Shown here piece by piece: positions 7,721-17,566 of a stretch of 55,873 nucleotides of DNA (its first letter is position 1; each line of letters opens with the position of its first letter). Below the pieces are notes generated by a model that was not told the DNA's origin, searched no databases, and saw nothing but the letters and a program-made list of their open reading frames with translations. The translations under genes were made by a program, and so were the position numbers. The DNA is taken from contig JAOPYX010000095.1 of assembly GCA_025964535.1 (NCBI GenBank), positions 1-55,873 on the forward strand, read 5' to 3'. The stretch comes from Actinomycetes bacterium. Its GTDB lineage: Bacteria > Actinomycetota > Thermoleophilia > Gaiellales > Gaiellaceae.

Positions 7721-9131
7721 CAGAGGCGAGCGCGGGGTAGAGACCCCGGAAGCGCTCGTAGCCGTCGCGGTAGATCGTCGTCCAGGCGGGCTCGGGCTCG
7801 ATCGTCTCGCGCACGTGGACGCACGCGGCGACAGCCTCGTGCGTGTCGCGGAAGACGCCGGCGGCCACCCCGCCGAGCAGGGCTGCACCGAAGGCGGCTC
7901 CCTCCTCTACTGCGGTTCGTTCCAGTGGCAACTCGAGTACCGACGCCACGATCCGTGCCCACAGCTCGCTGCGCGCGCCGCCGCCCGAGATCCGGCCCAG
8001 GTCGGCTGAGATGCCAAGGCTGCGTAACAGCTCGAGCGAATCGCGCAGCCCGTATGCGACGCCTTCGAGCACGCTGCGGACGACGTGGCCCCGCCCGTGC
8101 CGGAGCGTCAGGCCGACAAGTGCGGCGCGTGCGTTCGGGTCGGCGTGGGGGGTGCGCTCGCCCGCGAGATACGGCGCGAAGAGCGCGCCCTCCGCGCCGG
8201 CCGGGACCGCTTCAGCGTCCCCGAGTAGGACGTCGTACGGCGCGTCGAGCAATCCCTGCAGCCAGGCAAGCGACGCAGCCGCCGAGAGCATCACGCCCAT
8301 CGCATGCCAGCTCTCCGGGACGGCGTGGCAGAAGACATGCGCACGGCCTTCCGGATCGTGCGTATAACCCGGCAGCGCCGCGAAGACGACGCCCGACGTC
8401 CCGAGCACGACCGAGAGCGGGCCCGGACGGTCGACGCCCACACCGAGCGCCCCCGCAGCCTGGTCGCCCGCTCCGGCCGCGACGGGCACGCCGGCAGCGG
8501 TCGCGCCGGTGACGGCCTGCGACTCGACGACCGGCGGCAGCCACGATGGATCGAGCTCGAGCTCCGCGAGCATCTCACTGCTCCACCGGCGCCCGGCGAC
8601 ATCGAGCAGGAGCGTGCCCGAGGCGTCGGCCACGTCGGTGGCACGCTCGCCGGTGAGCCGCCACCGCACGTAGTCCTTCGGCAGCATCACGTGCGCGATG
8701 CGCGCGTACGTCTCGGGCTCGTGCTCGCGGAGCCAGAGAAGCTTCGGTGCGGTGAAACCGGGAAGCGCTCGATTGCCGGTCAGGGTCACGAGCCGCTCAC
8801 GCCCGATGCGCTCCTCGATCTCCGTGCACTGCTCGCCGGTGCGCTGGTCGTTCCAGAGGATTGCGGGACGCAGCACACGGTCGGCCTCGTCGAGACAGAC
8901 GAGGCCGTGCATCTGCCCACTCAGCCCGATCCCCACAGGCTCGACGCCGAGTTGGGCGAGCGCCGCCCCCGCAGCGTCTACCCAGTCGTTCGGATCCTGC
9001 TCGCTCCAGCCGGCCTGCGGCGTCGAGAGCGGATACCCGACCTCGGCGCGCTCGAGCACCTCCCCCTCCGGCGAGATCGCGAGCGCCTTCACGCCGGTCG
9101 TGCCGACGTCGATGCCGACGAGCACGGACAT
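7716..9131 (-). CDS. xylB: FGGY-family carbohydrate kinase, xylulokinase-like
   Basis: 471 aa with N-terminal GIDVGTTGVKA, GWSEQDP, GAGDQAAGALG and ISGGGARS motifs of FGGY kinases. Overall closest to the XylB pattern. Confidence 0.75.
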   Translation of the reverse strand: MSVLVGIDVGTTGVKALAISPEGEVLERAEVGYPLSTPQAGWSEQDPNDWVDAAGAALAQLGVEPVGIGLSGQMHGLVCLDEADRVLRPAILWNDQRTGEQCTEIEERIGRERLVTLTGNRALPGFTAPKLLWLREHEPETYARIAHVMLPKDYVRWRLTGERATDVADASGTLLLDVAGRRWSSEMLAELELDPSWLPPVVESQAVTGATAAGVPVAAGAGDQAAGALGVGVDRPGPLSVVLGTSGVVFAALPGYTHDPEGRAHVFCHAVPESWHAMGVMLSAAASLAWLQGLLDAPYDVLLGDAEAVPAGAEGALFAPYLAGERTPHADPNARAALVGLTLRHGRGHVVRSVLEGVAYGLRDSLELLRSLGISADLGRISGGGARSELWARIVASVLELPLERTAVEEGAAFGAALLGGVAAGVFRDTHEAVAACVHVRETIEPEPAWTTIYRDGYERFRGLYPALASG

Positions 9132-10130
9132 CTACGCGCCGAGCGCCGCGAACACGAGCTCGTGCGCACGGACGGCGTCCTTCGCCTGCTGCGCCTCGCG
9201 CAGCTCGTCGCCGTCGAGGCGCTGCGCGATGCCGTCGATGAACCGCCACGCAAGCACCGAGCGGCGCACCGCGCCGACCGCGTCCTCCGTATACGGATAG
9301 AGATCGAAGCCGAGGCGTTCGCCGTTGTCGCCGTAGCCTGCGCGGCGCAGCTCGACAGCGAGCTCGATCGTCTCCATGAACGCGGTCGCGCCGACCATGT
9401 TGTCGTCGTCGAAGGTGCCCCATCCGGAGTTCGCGTGCTGGTGGCCGAGCAGCCCTTCCGACGCAAGGAGAGCCGCGTACTCGGCGAGATTCTCGCCGTT
9501 CATGATCAGGTGCTGCCAGTCCATGTTGACCTTGACGTTGTCGACGCCCTGCGCGCGCAGCGTGTGAATGACGTGCAACGTCATGCCGATGTTGCGCATC
9601 AGGATCTTCATCGCCGGCTCGGAGTTCTTGTGCTCGAGGAACACGGTCACGCCACGCTCCCGTGCGTGTCGCGCCGACTGCCCTACGCCGTCGATGAAGC
9701 GCTCCCACGAGGAGGCGTACGGCGTCTGGAAGGGATAGTTGTAGCCCTCGATTCCCGGCCAGATGATGAAGTGAGCACCGACCTCGGCCGCGAGGCCGAT
9801 GCCCTCGAAGGTGAGGCGCAGTGCCTCGGCCCGCGTCGCGTCATCCGGTGAGCAGAAGCCGCCCTTCGCGAAGCGCGGATCGAGGTGCAGCCCGCTCGCA
9901 ATGCAGTAGATGCCGTGCCCTTCGAGCGCATCGCGCACGTCGTCGAGGTTCTCCGGCGAGAGCTCCTGCGGATAGTGGAACTCGTAGTCGTCCATCAGGT
10001 CGCCGAGCCCTTCGACCGCGGTGCGCACCTTCTGCGCGGTCGAGACGCCGGTGAGCTCGGGCTTGTAGCCGGCGGCGTTGAAGCGCGTCGCCATGTTGCC
10101 GAACGCCCAGATGCCGAGTGATGTCTTCAT
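9132..10130 (-). CDS. xylose-isomerase-like TIM-barrel sugar isomerase/epimerase
   Basis: ATG at 10130, 332 aa. LGIWAFG, FLEHKNSEP, NMDWQHL and GHQHANSGWGTFDDD resemble the metal-binding motifs of xylose/rhamnose-isomerase-like TIM barrels. The stop abuts the xylB start. Confidence 0.7.
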   Translation of the reverse strand: MKTSLGIWAFGNMATRFNAAGYKPELTGVSTAQKVRTAVEGLGDLMDDYEFHYPQELSPENLDDVRDALEGHGIYCIASGLHLDPRFAKGGFCSPDDATRAEALRLTFEGIGLAAEVGAHFIIWPGIEGYNYPFQTPYASSWERFIDGVGQSARHARERGVTVFLEHKNSEPAMKILMRNIGMTLHVIHTLRAQGVDNVKVNMDWQHLIMNGENLAEYAALLASEGLLGHQHANSGWGTFDDDNMVGATAFMETIELAVELRRAGYGDNGERLGFDLYPYTEDAVGAVRRSVLAWRFIDGIAQRLDGDELREAQQAKDAVRAHELVFAALGA

Positions 10131-10173
10131 GCTGCTCCTCCGTGCTCGATCGTGGGATCTTGTCGTACGCCGG

Positions 10174-11673
10174 TCACGCACGGACCCATGCCGCCGTGCC
10201 CGAGGGAAGCTCGCCGCGGTTTGCGGAGTCGCTTGCAAGCAGCAGCTCGCCCTGCGGGACGGCGAGAGCCGATGCGTCGACGTTCACCGCGCACACGGTT
10301 CCGCCGCGTTCGAAGACGAGCGTTCCCGGCGGGCTCTCGTGCCAGGTGAGCCCTCCGCCGCGTGGCCGCAGCCGCAGCGCGTCGCGATAGAGGGACAGCA
10401 TCGACGCCGGATCGTCGCGCTGCGTTGCGACACTGAGCGATCCCCAGTCGGCCGGCACCGGTAGCCACGGCATGGCATCGGTGAAGCCGAAGCCGGGCTC
10501 GTCCGGGGACCACGGGATCGGAATGCGGCAACCGTCGCGGCCGGCCCGCGCGCCACCGGTCCGAAAGAAGACGGGATCCTGCCGCGCCTCGTCCGGCAGG
10601 GCGACCTCCTCGAGGCCGAGCTCCTGCCCTGCGTAGAGAAACGCTGTCCCCGGCAGGGCGAGCAACAGCAGCGCTGCGGCTCGTGCCCTGCTCGCGCTGC
10701 CGTAGCGCGTCACGAGGCGAGGCACGTCGTGGTTCTCGAGCACCCACGTCGGTGTCGCGCCGACGGCGGCCAGCGCACCAAGCGTCGCGTCGATCGCATC
10801 GCGTAGGGCGGCTGCGTCCCAGGGCTCCCACAGCAGCGTGAAGTTGAACGCGAGCTGCAGCTCGTCAGGTCGCACGTAGTCGGCGACGCGCACCGGGTCG
10901 GAGAGAAACACCTCGCCGACCAGCACCCTGTCGCCGGCGAGCGTGCGCCAGTGCCGGTAGAGCGGGTGGAGCTGAGGCTGGTCGATCGCGCGGCGCCGGT
11001 CGAACGAGCCCGGCTCGGAGCCCGGCACCGGCTCGTCCTCGTCGCGCAGCTCAGGATCCTTGAAGAGCCCGTGTGCGACGTCGATGCGGAAGCCGTCGAC
11101 GCCGCGCTCGATCCAAAAGCGCAGGATCGACTCGAACTCGTGTTGCACGTCGGCCTGATGCCAGTCGAGATCCGGCTGCTCCGGCGCGAAGAGGTGCAGG
11201 TACCACTCGCCGCTCGCGGGGTCGTGCGTCCATGCCGGGCCGCCGAAGACGGCGAGCCAGTTGTTCGGCGGTCCGCCGTTCCGGCCTTCGGCCCAGACGT
11301 AGCGCTCTCGATGCTCGCGGAACCACGGGTGCTCGATCGAGGTGTGATTCGGGACGACGTCGACGATGACGCGGAGGCCCAGCTCGTGAGCGTCCGCCAC
11401 CAGGCCGTCGAAGTCGTCGAGCGTTCCGAATGCGGGGTCGACGTCGCAGTAGTCGGCGACGTCGTAGCCGTGGTCGGCGCCCGGCGACGGATAGAACGGC
11501 GTCAGCCAGAGCGCGTCGACGCCCAGCTCGGCGATGTACGGCAGGTGCGCGCGAATCCCGGGTAGGTCGCCGACGCCGTCACCGCTCGCGTCGGCGAAGC
11601 TGCGCACGTAGACCTCGTAGAAGACGGCCTCATCCCACCACTCAGCCACCGGCGACCCGCTCGGCCACGGCAT
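10174..11673 (-). CDS. GH13 alpha-glucosidase / oligo-1,6-glucosidase-like
   Basis: WWDEAVFYEVYVRSFAD, GDLPGI, DALWLTPFYPSP, DHGYDV, VDVVPNHTS and GFRIDVAH are canonical GH13 regions. An alternative GTG start at 11649 would shorten the overlap with the upstream gene. Confidence 0.9.
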   Translation of the reverse strand: MPWPSGSPVAEWWDEAVFYEVYVRSFADASGDGVGDLPGIRAHLPYIAELGVDALWLTPFYPSPGADHGYDVADYCDVDPAFGTLDDFDGLVADAHELGLRVIVDVVPNHTSIEHPWFREHRERYVWAEGRNGGPPNNWLAVFGGPAWTHDPASGEWYLHLFAPEQPDLDWHQADVQHEFESILRFWIERGVDGFRIDVAHGLFKDPELRDEDEPVPGSEPGSFDRRRAIDQPQLHPLYRHWRTLAGDRVLVGEVFLSDPVRVADYVRPDELQLAFNFTLLWEPWDAAALRDAIDATLGALAAVGATPTWVLENHDVPRLVTRYGSASRARAAALLLLALPGTAFLYAGQELGLEEVALPDEARQDPVFFRTGGARAGRDGCRIPIPWSPDEPGFGFTDAMPWLPVPADWGSLSVATQRDDPASMLSLYRDALRLRPRGGGLTWHESPPGTLVFERGGTVCAVNVDASALAVPQGELLLASDSANRGELPSGTAAWVRA

Positions 11674-12682
11674 CTCCTACCTCGGACGTCGAGGCGCTCC
11701 CGCCGATGTCGCGCGTGACCATCCCGTCCCGGCACACCGACTCGACGGCGGCAAGCACGCGGGCGCCTGCGTCCGGCTCCCCGATGTGCTCGAGCATCAG
11801 TGCCGCGCTCCAGATCGCTCCGAGCGGATTGGCGATCCCCTGCCCGGCGATGTCGGGTGCCGAGCCGTGCACAGGCTCGAAGACGGGCGTGGTGCCGGAT
11901 CCGGGCGCGAGGCTCGCGCTGGCCGCCATGCCCATCCCGCCTTGAAGCACCGCGGCGATGTCGGTGAGCACGTCGCCGAAGAGATTCGACGCCACCACCA
12001 CGTCGAGGCTCAGCGGATTGCTCACCATGCGCGCGGCGAGTGCGTCGACGAGCACGCGCTCGAGCCGCACGTCGGGGAACTCGGCGGCAACCTCCTCCGC
12101 GACCTCGTCCCAGAGCACGTAGCCGTAGCGCGACGCGTTCGACTTCGTCGCGCTCGTGACGACGCCCCGTCGCGACTGCGCGAGCTCGAACGCGTACCGG
12201 ATCACGCGATGGACGCCGGGGCGTGTGAAGACCGCCGTCTCGATCCCAACCTCGAGCTCGAGGCCGCGATGGGCGCGGCCGCCGATGCCGGAATACTCGC
12301 CCTCGGTGTTCTCGCGCACGAAGAGCATGTCGACCGCCGGTGAGCCGGCGAGCGGCGACGGCACACCTTCGAGCAGCCGTGCGGGCCGCAGATTCGCCCA
12401 GAGGTCGAGTCCCTGGCGCAGCGGCAACAGCAGGCCCCACAGCGTGACGTGGTCGGGCACCGACGGATGTCCCACCGCGCCGAGCAGCACGGCGTCGTGC
12501 GCGCGGACGACGTGGAGCGCGTCGTCGGGCATCAGCGTTCCATGCTCGTGATAGTGCTCGGTGCCCCACGGGAGCTCGTTCCACGTCAGGTCGAGCGCCA
12601 GCGCGTCGACCGCTTTCCGCGCCTCGGCGACGACTTCCGGGCCGGCGCCGTCTCCGGCGATCACGGCGATGCGGTGGGTCAC
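11642..12682 (-). CDS. isocitrate/isopropylmalate dehydrogenase family enzyme (LeuB- or tartrate-dehydrogenase-like)
   Basis: IAVIAGDGAGPEV, VRENTEGEYSG, NLFGDVLTD and PVHGSAPDIAGQGIANP are family signatures. Confidence 0.85.
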   Translation of the reverse strand: MTHRIAVIAGDGAGPEVVAEARKAVDALALDLTWNELPWGTEHYHEHGTLMPDDALHVVRAHDAVLLGAVGHPSVPDHVTLWGLLLPLRQGLDLWANLRPARLLEGVPSPLAGSPAVDMLFVRENTEGEYSGIGGRAHRGLELEVGIETAVFTRPGVHRVIRYAFELAQSRRGVVTSATKSNASRYGYVLWDEVAEEVAAEFPDVRLERVLVDALAARMVSNPLSLDVVVASNLFGDVLTDIAAVLQGGMGMAASASLAPGSGTTPVFEPVHGSAPDIAGQGIANPLGAIWSAALMLEHIGEPDAGARVLAAVESVCRDGMVTRDIGGSASTSEVGDAVAERVAGG

Positions 12683-13482
12683 GTCGTGCTCCTTTCAAGT
12701 TCGTCGCGCGTCGGTATCTCCGACCGTCCGTCGAGCGCGCGACACGAGAGCGATGCGCAGGCGTTCGCGCGCGCGAGCGCGTCGGCCAGAGACAGATCGT
12801 GCACGAACGCCGCAAGCAGCGCGCCGTGGAAGACGTCGCCCGCTCCGAGCGTGCTCACCGCTTCGACCGGAAAGCCCGGCGCCTCGATCGTCTCGTCACC
12901 CCGATAGGCAACGCAGCCGTCGGACCCGCGCGTCACGACCGTCAGCTCTGCGCGGCGGCCGTCGTCGCGGGCCTCCGTCGGCGAGTAGAGCGCAACACCG
13001 TCGAGCTCGAGGTCGTCGATGAGGTTGCCGCCGTCGATCGAGAGCCGGACGTCCTGCGGCACGGTCCCGTAGCCGGTCTGGTCGACGTGGACCCACTCCG
13101 CCTCACGGCAGAGCTGCTGTGCGCGGGGGCTGAGCTCGATGATCGCCGTGCCGCGGTACGCGGCGATCGCGCGGTTCGGGCCGCTGATGAGCACGCTGCT
13201 CTGGGCCGAGCGCGCACCTGGCCGGACCGCAAGCTCGGACACGTCGACGCCCTCCGATTCGAGGCTCTCGCGGGTGAATGCGCCCACCTGGTCGTCGCCG
13301 ACCGCGCCAACGAAGTACGTTTCCACGCCAAGGCGCGCGAGTGCGACCGCAGCGGTCGCGGCCGGGCCGCCGCCCGCCACGATGAGCTCCCGTGCCACCA
13401 CCACGTCATCCGGCTGCGGATACCGCGGCAGGGCAAAGATCGTGTCGCGCGTGGCGAGCCCGACGCAGACGACGTGTGTCAA
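12679..13482 (-). CDS. PfkB/ribokinase-family carbohydrate kinase
   Basis: TTG at 13482 (TTGA overlap with the GH38 stop). GGGPAATAAVALARLG and the C-terminal anion-hole motif TLGAGDVFHGA. Confidence 0.8.
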   Translation of the reverse strand: MTHVVCVGLATRDTIFALPRYPQPDDVVVARELIVAGGGPAATAAVALARLGVETYFVGAVGDDQVGAFTRESLESEGVDVSELAVRPGARSAQSSVLISGPNRAIAAYRGTAIIELSPRAQQLCREAEWVHVDQTGYGTVPQDVRLSIDGGNLIDDLELDGVALYSPTEARDDGRRAELTVVTRGSDGCVAYRGDETIEAPGFPVEAVSTLGAGDVFHGALLAAFVHDLSLADALARANACASLSCRALDGRSEIPTRDELERSTT

Positions 13483-16304
13483 TACGCCTTCACCGTGATG
13501 ATCTCGTGCGGCCGATAGGGAATGACGATCGTGTCGCCCTCGACGACGAGCGGGTCGCCGTCGTCCTCGAGCGCGTTCGCGCGCCGCGCGGCGGCGAACG
13601 GCAGGCCGAGGCGCAGCCGCGCGGTGCCGCGTGCGCCGTGTGCCTCGTACAGCCGCAGCACGACGGCGTCCGAATCCTCCGCCCTCTTGATCGTGTCCAG
13701 CACGAGATTCGGGTCGTCGACGGCTGCAACCCATGGCATGAGCGGTGCGTCGGTCCAGCGAAAGGGTGCGTTGAAGCGCGCGGCCTCCGCGACGACGCCG
13801 GCCTTGCGCCAGCCGCCGCCGTGCGGCATCAGCGCGTACGCGAACTCGTGCCGGCCCATGTCGGCCTCGGGGTCAGGGCTCTTCGACGATCGCAGCAGGC
13901 TGAGACGGAGCTCGCTGCCGTGGCAGCTCCAGCCGTACTTCGAGTCGCTGAGCAATGCCACGCCGAAGCCGTGCTCCGACAGGTCGGCGAAGCGGTGGCC
14001 GGGAACCTCGTAGCGCGCGCGGTCCCAACTCGTCGAGTAGTGCGTCGGCCGCTCGGCGTAGCCGAACGGCATCTCGTACGTCGCGGTCGTCGACCTGACC
14101 GCGAGCGGGAAGCAGACTTTGAGCATCGTGTGGCTCTCGTGCCAGTCGACGCTCGTGTGGAACTCGAGCCGGCGCGCGCCTGCGTCGAGTCGCACCACCT
14201 GGGTCAAGTTCGTACGCTCGAACGTGATCTCCGCACGGAGCGGCGATGCTGCGATCGCATGCGACGTCGCGCGCGGCGCGTCGCGCCGCGTCTCGAGATG
14301 CGAAGGGTCGATGTCCCACGCGTCGAAGTCGACCGGGTCGTCGTCGTAGAGCTCGAGCCGGTTGCCCGCCGCGGCAAGCGTCTCGCGACCGGTTGCCTTG
14401 TCGACGAGGGAGAGCAGCGTCCCGTCCTCGCCGAGCGTCGCACGCAGGTGGGCGTTCTCGAGCGTCAGCCCGTCTACGAGCACCAAGTCGTCCGCATCGA
14501 CGACGCGGCCCACGCCGTACGGCGGGGCTTCGATCATCGTCTCGCCCACCACCTCGCGCCGCGGGAAGCCGATCGTGTTCACCGGCGTGTCGCCGGCGCC
14601 GCAAAGCGCATCGGCGCCCGCCTCGACGTCCGCGAGGTCGCGTTCCGCATCCTCGTAGACGAGCCGGATCGACGAGCCGGGGAGGATGTCGTGGAACTGC
14701 TGGAGCAGAAGCAGCTTCCACAGCCGGTCGAGCTCGTCGCGCGGGTAGTCGCCGCCGCGCGCTGCCGCGAGGAACTCCGCATCGTGCAGCGCTCGCTCGC
14801 CGCGGCGGTTGCCGCGCTTGGTGCGGGCCTGTGAGGTGTAGGTGCCGCGGTGGTACTCGAAGTACAGCTCGCCGGCGACGACCGGGCGCTCCCCGGGCTC
14901 GGCCTCGAGCCGGTCGAAGAACTCGTCGCTCGTCTGCTGTGTCGTGCGCGGGAGCCCCTGGAGGTCGCGGGCGCGGCGCAGGGTCTCGAGCATGTCCTTC
15001 GTCGGGCCGCCGCCCCCGTCGCCGTACCCGTAGACGAGCAGGCTCGTGCCCGAGTGCTCGTGGTCCTTGTACTGCCGCTCGGCCTTCAGCAGCTCGCCGA
15101 CGTTCACCTCGCTGTTGTAGGTGTCCGCGGGCGGGAAGTGACCGAGCACCTCGCTTCCGTCGTCGCCCTGCCAGACGAACGTGTGGTGCTCCGGCTTGTT
15201 GAAGCGATTCCAGGAGAGCTTCTGCGTCAGGAAACGCGTGATGCCGACCTCGCGCATGATCTGCGGGAGCTGGCCTGCGTAGCCGAACGCGTCGGGGCTC
15301 CAGAACTCGCGGCACCTCCGTCCGAGCACCTGCTCGAACCAGCGCTGACCGTGCAGGAACTGGCGGACGAGCGACTCACCCGACGGAAGATTGCAGTCGG
15401 GCTCGACCCAGCTGCCGCCGACGGGCACGAACTGCCCGGTATCGACCTTTGCGCGCAGCCGCTGCCAGAGATCGGGATTGCGCTCCTTGATCCATGCGTA
15501 CTGCTGCGCCTGCGAGCACGCGAAACGGTACTCCGGGTAGTCGTCCATGTAACGGATCTGCGTGCTGAAGCTGCGAACCGCCTTGCGGTAGGTCTCGGCG
15601 AGCGGCCAGAGCCACGCGGTGTCGAGGTGCGCGTGCCCGATCGCGGCGAGTGCGTGCGCATGGGTCGCGGTGTCGTGCTCGTAGAGCTTCTCGAGGATCG
15701 CGGGGTGGCGCTCGTTGCAGAAGCGGTTGAGCTCCTCGCGCAGGAGCCCCGCCCACGCGACGTCGTCCGTCTCCGCCTCGAGCGCGCGCAAGGTCTCGAA
15801 GTCGAAGTACAGCCGCCAGGCATCGGGATCGAAGACCGCGAGGTCGCAGCGGATGAGCTCCGCGGCAGTGGCCTTCGCTCCGAACATCCCGTTGCACGCG
15901 AGCTCCACCTGGAGCTCCAGCGGCCCAGGCTCTGCATGCTCCGTGAGCTTCGCGTCAGGGCGCTCGCCGGCACCGCCCGTGTTCAAGCCCTGCACGACGC
16001 GCCCGTCGCGCCAGAGCGCTCCCTCGCTCAGGGAAACCCAGAGCAGGTCTACGCGGCGCCCGCGCCACTCGTCCGGCACCGTGGCGCCGATCCGGAACCA
16101 GTACGTCGCCCAGAGCGGGCCGAAGCGCTCGCCGAGGAGCGCAGGCCGGTAGTCGAGCTCCTGCGCCTCCGCCCACGAGATCCGGTCGACGGCGGGACTG
16201 ACGAGGATCTCGTCCGCGGCGCGAGTCTCGGCGTAGACGAGCGCTCGCAGGCGCTCGGACGTCCGGGCGAGTCGCGCCCGGGTGTACTCGGTGTGCCGGA
16301 TCAA
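13479..16304 (-). CDS. GH38 alpha-mannosidase (cytosolic type, 941 aa)
   Basis: IGHAHLDTAWLWP, GGSWVEPDCNLPSGESL, WSPDAFGY and QFHDILPGS are GH38 signatures. No signal peptide. Confidence 0.9.
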   Translation of the reverse strand: MIRHTEYTRARLARTSERLRALVYAETRAADEILVSPAVDRISWAEAQELDYRPALLGERFGPLWATYWFRIGATVPDEWRGRRVDLLWVSLSEGALWRDGRVVQGLNTGGAGERPDAKLTEHAEPGPLELQVELACNGMFGAKATAAELIRCDLAVFDPDAWRLYFDFETLRALEAETDDVAWAGLLREELNRFCNERHPAILEKLYEHDTATHAHALAAIGHAHLDTAWLWPLAETYRKAVRSFSTQIRYMDDYPEYRFACSQAQQYAWIKERNPDLWQRLRAKVDTGQFVPVGGSWVEPDCNLPSGESLVRQFLHGQRWFEQVLGRRCREFWSPDAFGYAGQLPQIMREVGITRFLTQKLSWNRFNKPEHHTFVWQGDDGSEVLGHFPPADTYNSEVNVGELLKAERQYKDHEHSGTSLLVYGYGDGGGGPTKDMLETLRRARDLQGLPRTTQQTSDEFFDRLEAEPGERPVVAGELYFEYHRGTYTSQARTKRGNRRGERALHDAEFLAAARGGDYPRDELDRLWKLLLLQQFHDILPGSSIRLVYEDAERDLADVEAGADALCGAGDTPVNTIGFPRREVVGETMIEAPPYGVGRVVDADDLVLVDGLTLENAHLRATLGEDGTLLSLVDKATGRETLAAAGNRLELYDDDPVDFDAWDIDPSHLETRRDAPRATSHAIAASPLRAEITFERTNLTQVVRLDAGARRLEFHTSVDWHESHTMLKVCFPLAVRSTTATYEMPFGYAERPTHYSTSWDRARYEVPGHRFADLSEHGFGVALLSDSKYGWSCHGSELRLSLLRSSKSPDPEADMGRHEFAYALMPHGGGWRKAGVVAEAARFNAPFRWTDAPLMPWVAAVDDPNLVLDTIKRAEDSDAVVLRLYEAHGARGTARLRLGLPFAAARRANALEDDGDPLVVEGDTIVIPYRPHEIITVKAY

Positions 16305-17485
16305 CCAGCCGTGACGGCGGCGGCCGCGCGATTGCGCAGGCTCTCCCCGCCGTCCGGTGAGAAGAAGTAGAACCCGGTCGGGTCGACCGAGAGCCGGAGC
16401 GTCTCGCCGACGGCTGCCTTCGTCTTCGGATTCACGCGTGCGACGAACAGGCCGCGTTCGCTGCCTGTGAGCATCGACCCGTCCTCGTCGGCAACGTCCG
16501 ACTGCGCGGCCTCGATCACGATCGGCTCGACATCGAGCTCGAAGAAGACGAATGCGTCGGAGCCGAGCTCCTCGACCACGGCGACGCGCGCCTCGAACTG
16601 CGGCAGGCTGCCGTCGGCGAACGCTGCGTCCTCGAACGCCTCGGGGCGGATGCCGAGCACGACCTTGCCGTCCGTCGCGGCCGCCGGCCGGCTCGCGCGG
16701 TCGAGGGGAAGGGTCAAGCTGCCGATCGCCACGGCGTCGTCTGTGAGCATCGCCTCGACGAGGTTCATCGACGGCGAGCCGATGAACGCCGCGACGAAGA
16801 CGTTCGCCGGGTCGTCGTAGAGGCGCTGCGGCGAGTCGACTTGCTGGAGCAGGCCGTCGCGCATGACGGCGACGCGCTGGCCGAGCGTCATCGCCTCGAC
16901 CTGATCGTGCGTCACGTACACGGTCGTCGTCCCGAGTCGCGTGTGCAGCTGCTGGAGCGACGTGCGCATGCCGACCCGGAGCTTCGCATCGAGGTTGGAC
17001 AGCGGCTCGTCCATCAGGAATGCCGCCGGCTCCCGGATGATCGCGCGGCCCATCGCCACGCGCTGCTGCTGGCCGCCGGAGAGCGCGCCCGGGCGCCGGT
17101 CGAGCAGGTCATCGAGGCCGAGCAGCTTCGCGACCGTCTCGGTGCGCGCTGCGATCTCGTTCTTCGGCGTCTTCCGCACCCGCAGGGCATAGCCGAGGTT
17201 CTGCCGGACCGTCATGTGCGGGTAGAGCGCGTAGTTCTGGAACACCATCGCGAGGTCGCGCGCGGCCGGCGCGAGCTTCGTCACGTCGCGATCGCCCAGG
17301 AGGATGCGGCCTCCGGACACCTTCTCGAGACCGCCGATCGCCCGCAGCAGCGTCGTCTTCCCGCAGCCGGAAGGGCCCACGAGGACCATGAACTCGCCGT
17401 CGCCGATCGTCATGCTGACGTCGTCGACCGCGACGACGCCCGCCGCGAACTCCTTCCTGACGTTCTCGAGCGAGATCTCAGCCAT
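16301..17485 (-). CDS. sugar ABC transporter ATP-binding protein (MalK/MsiK/UgpC type)
   Basis: ATG at 17485. Walker A GPSGCGKTT, signature LSGGQQQRV, Walker B FLMDEPLS, and a C-terminal MalK-like regulatory domain. Confidence 0.9.
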   Translation of the reverse strand: MAEISLENVRKEFAAGVVAVDDVSMTIGDGEFMVLVGPSGCGKTTLLRAIGGLEKVSGGRILLGDRDVTKLAPAARDLAMVFQNYALYPHMTVRQNLGYALRVRKTPKNEIAARTETVAKLLGLDDLLDRRPGALSGGQQQRVAMGRAIIREPAAFLMDEPLSNLDAKLRVGMRTSLQQLHTRLGTTTVYVTHDQVEAMTLGQRVAVMRDGLLQQVDSPQRLYDDPANVFVAAFIGSPSMNLVEAMLTDDAVAIGSLTLPLDRASRPAAATDGKVVLGIRPEAFEDAAFADGSLPQFEARVAVVEELGSDAFVFFELDVEPIVIEAAQSDVADEDGSMLTGSERGLFVARVNPKTKAAVGETLRLSVDPTGFYFFSPDGGESLRNRAAAAVTAG

Positions 17486-17566
17486 GCCCGGCGGAATGTA
17501 CCGCCTCCCCGGGGCGGAATGCAATCGTTGCCACACCGGCCCGGCTCAGGCATAGACTCGTCACCT
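17486..17566. promoter_or_regulatory. divergent promoter region with repeated GGCGGAATG motif
   Basis: 81-nt gap between divergent operons. GGCGGAATG occurs at 17490-17498 and 17513-17521. The first copy is part of the inverted repeat ggcgg-aatgta-ccgcc (17490-17505). Confidence 0.35.
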
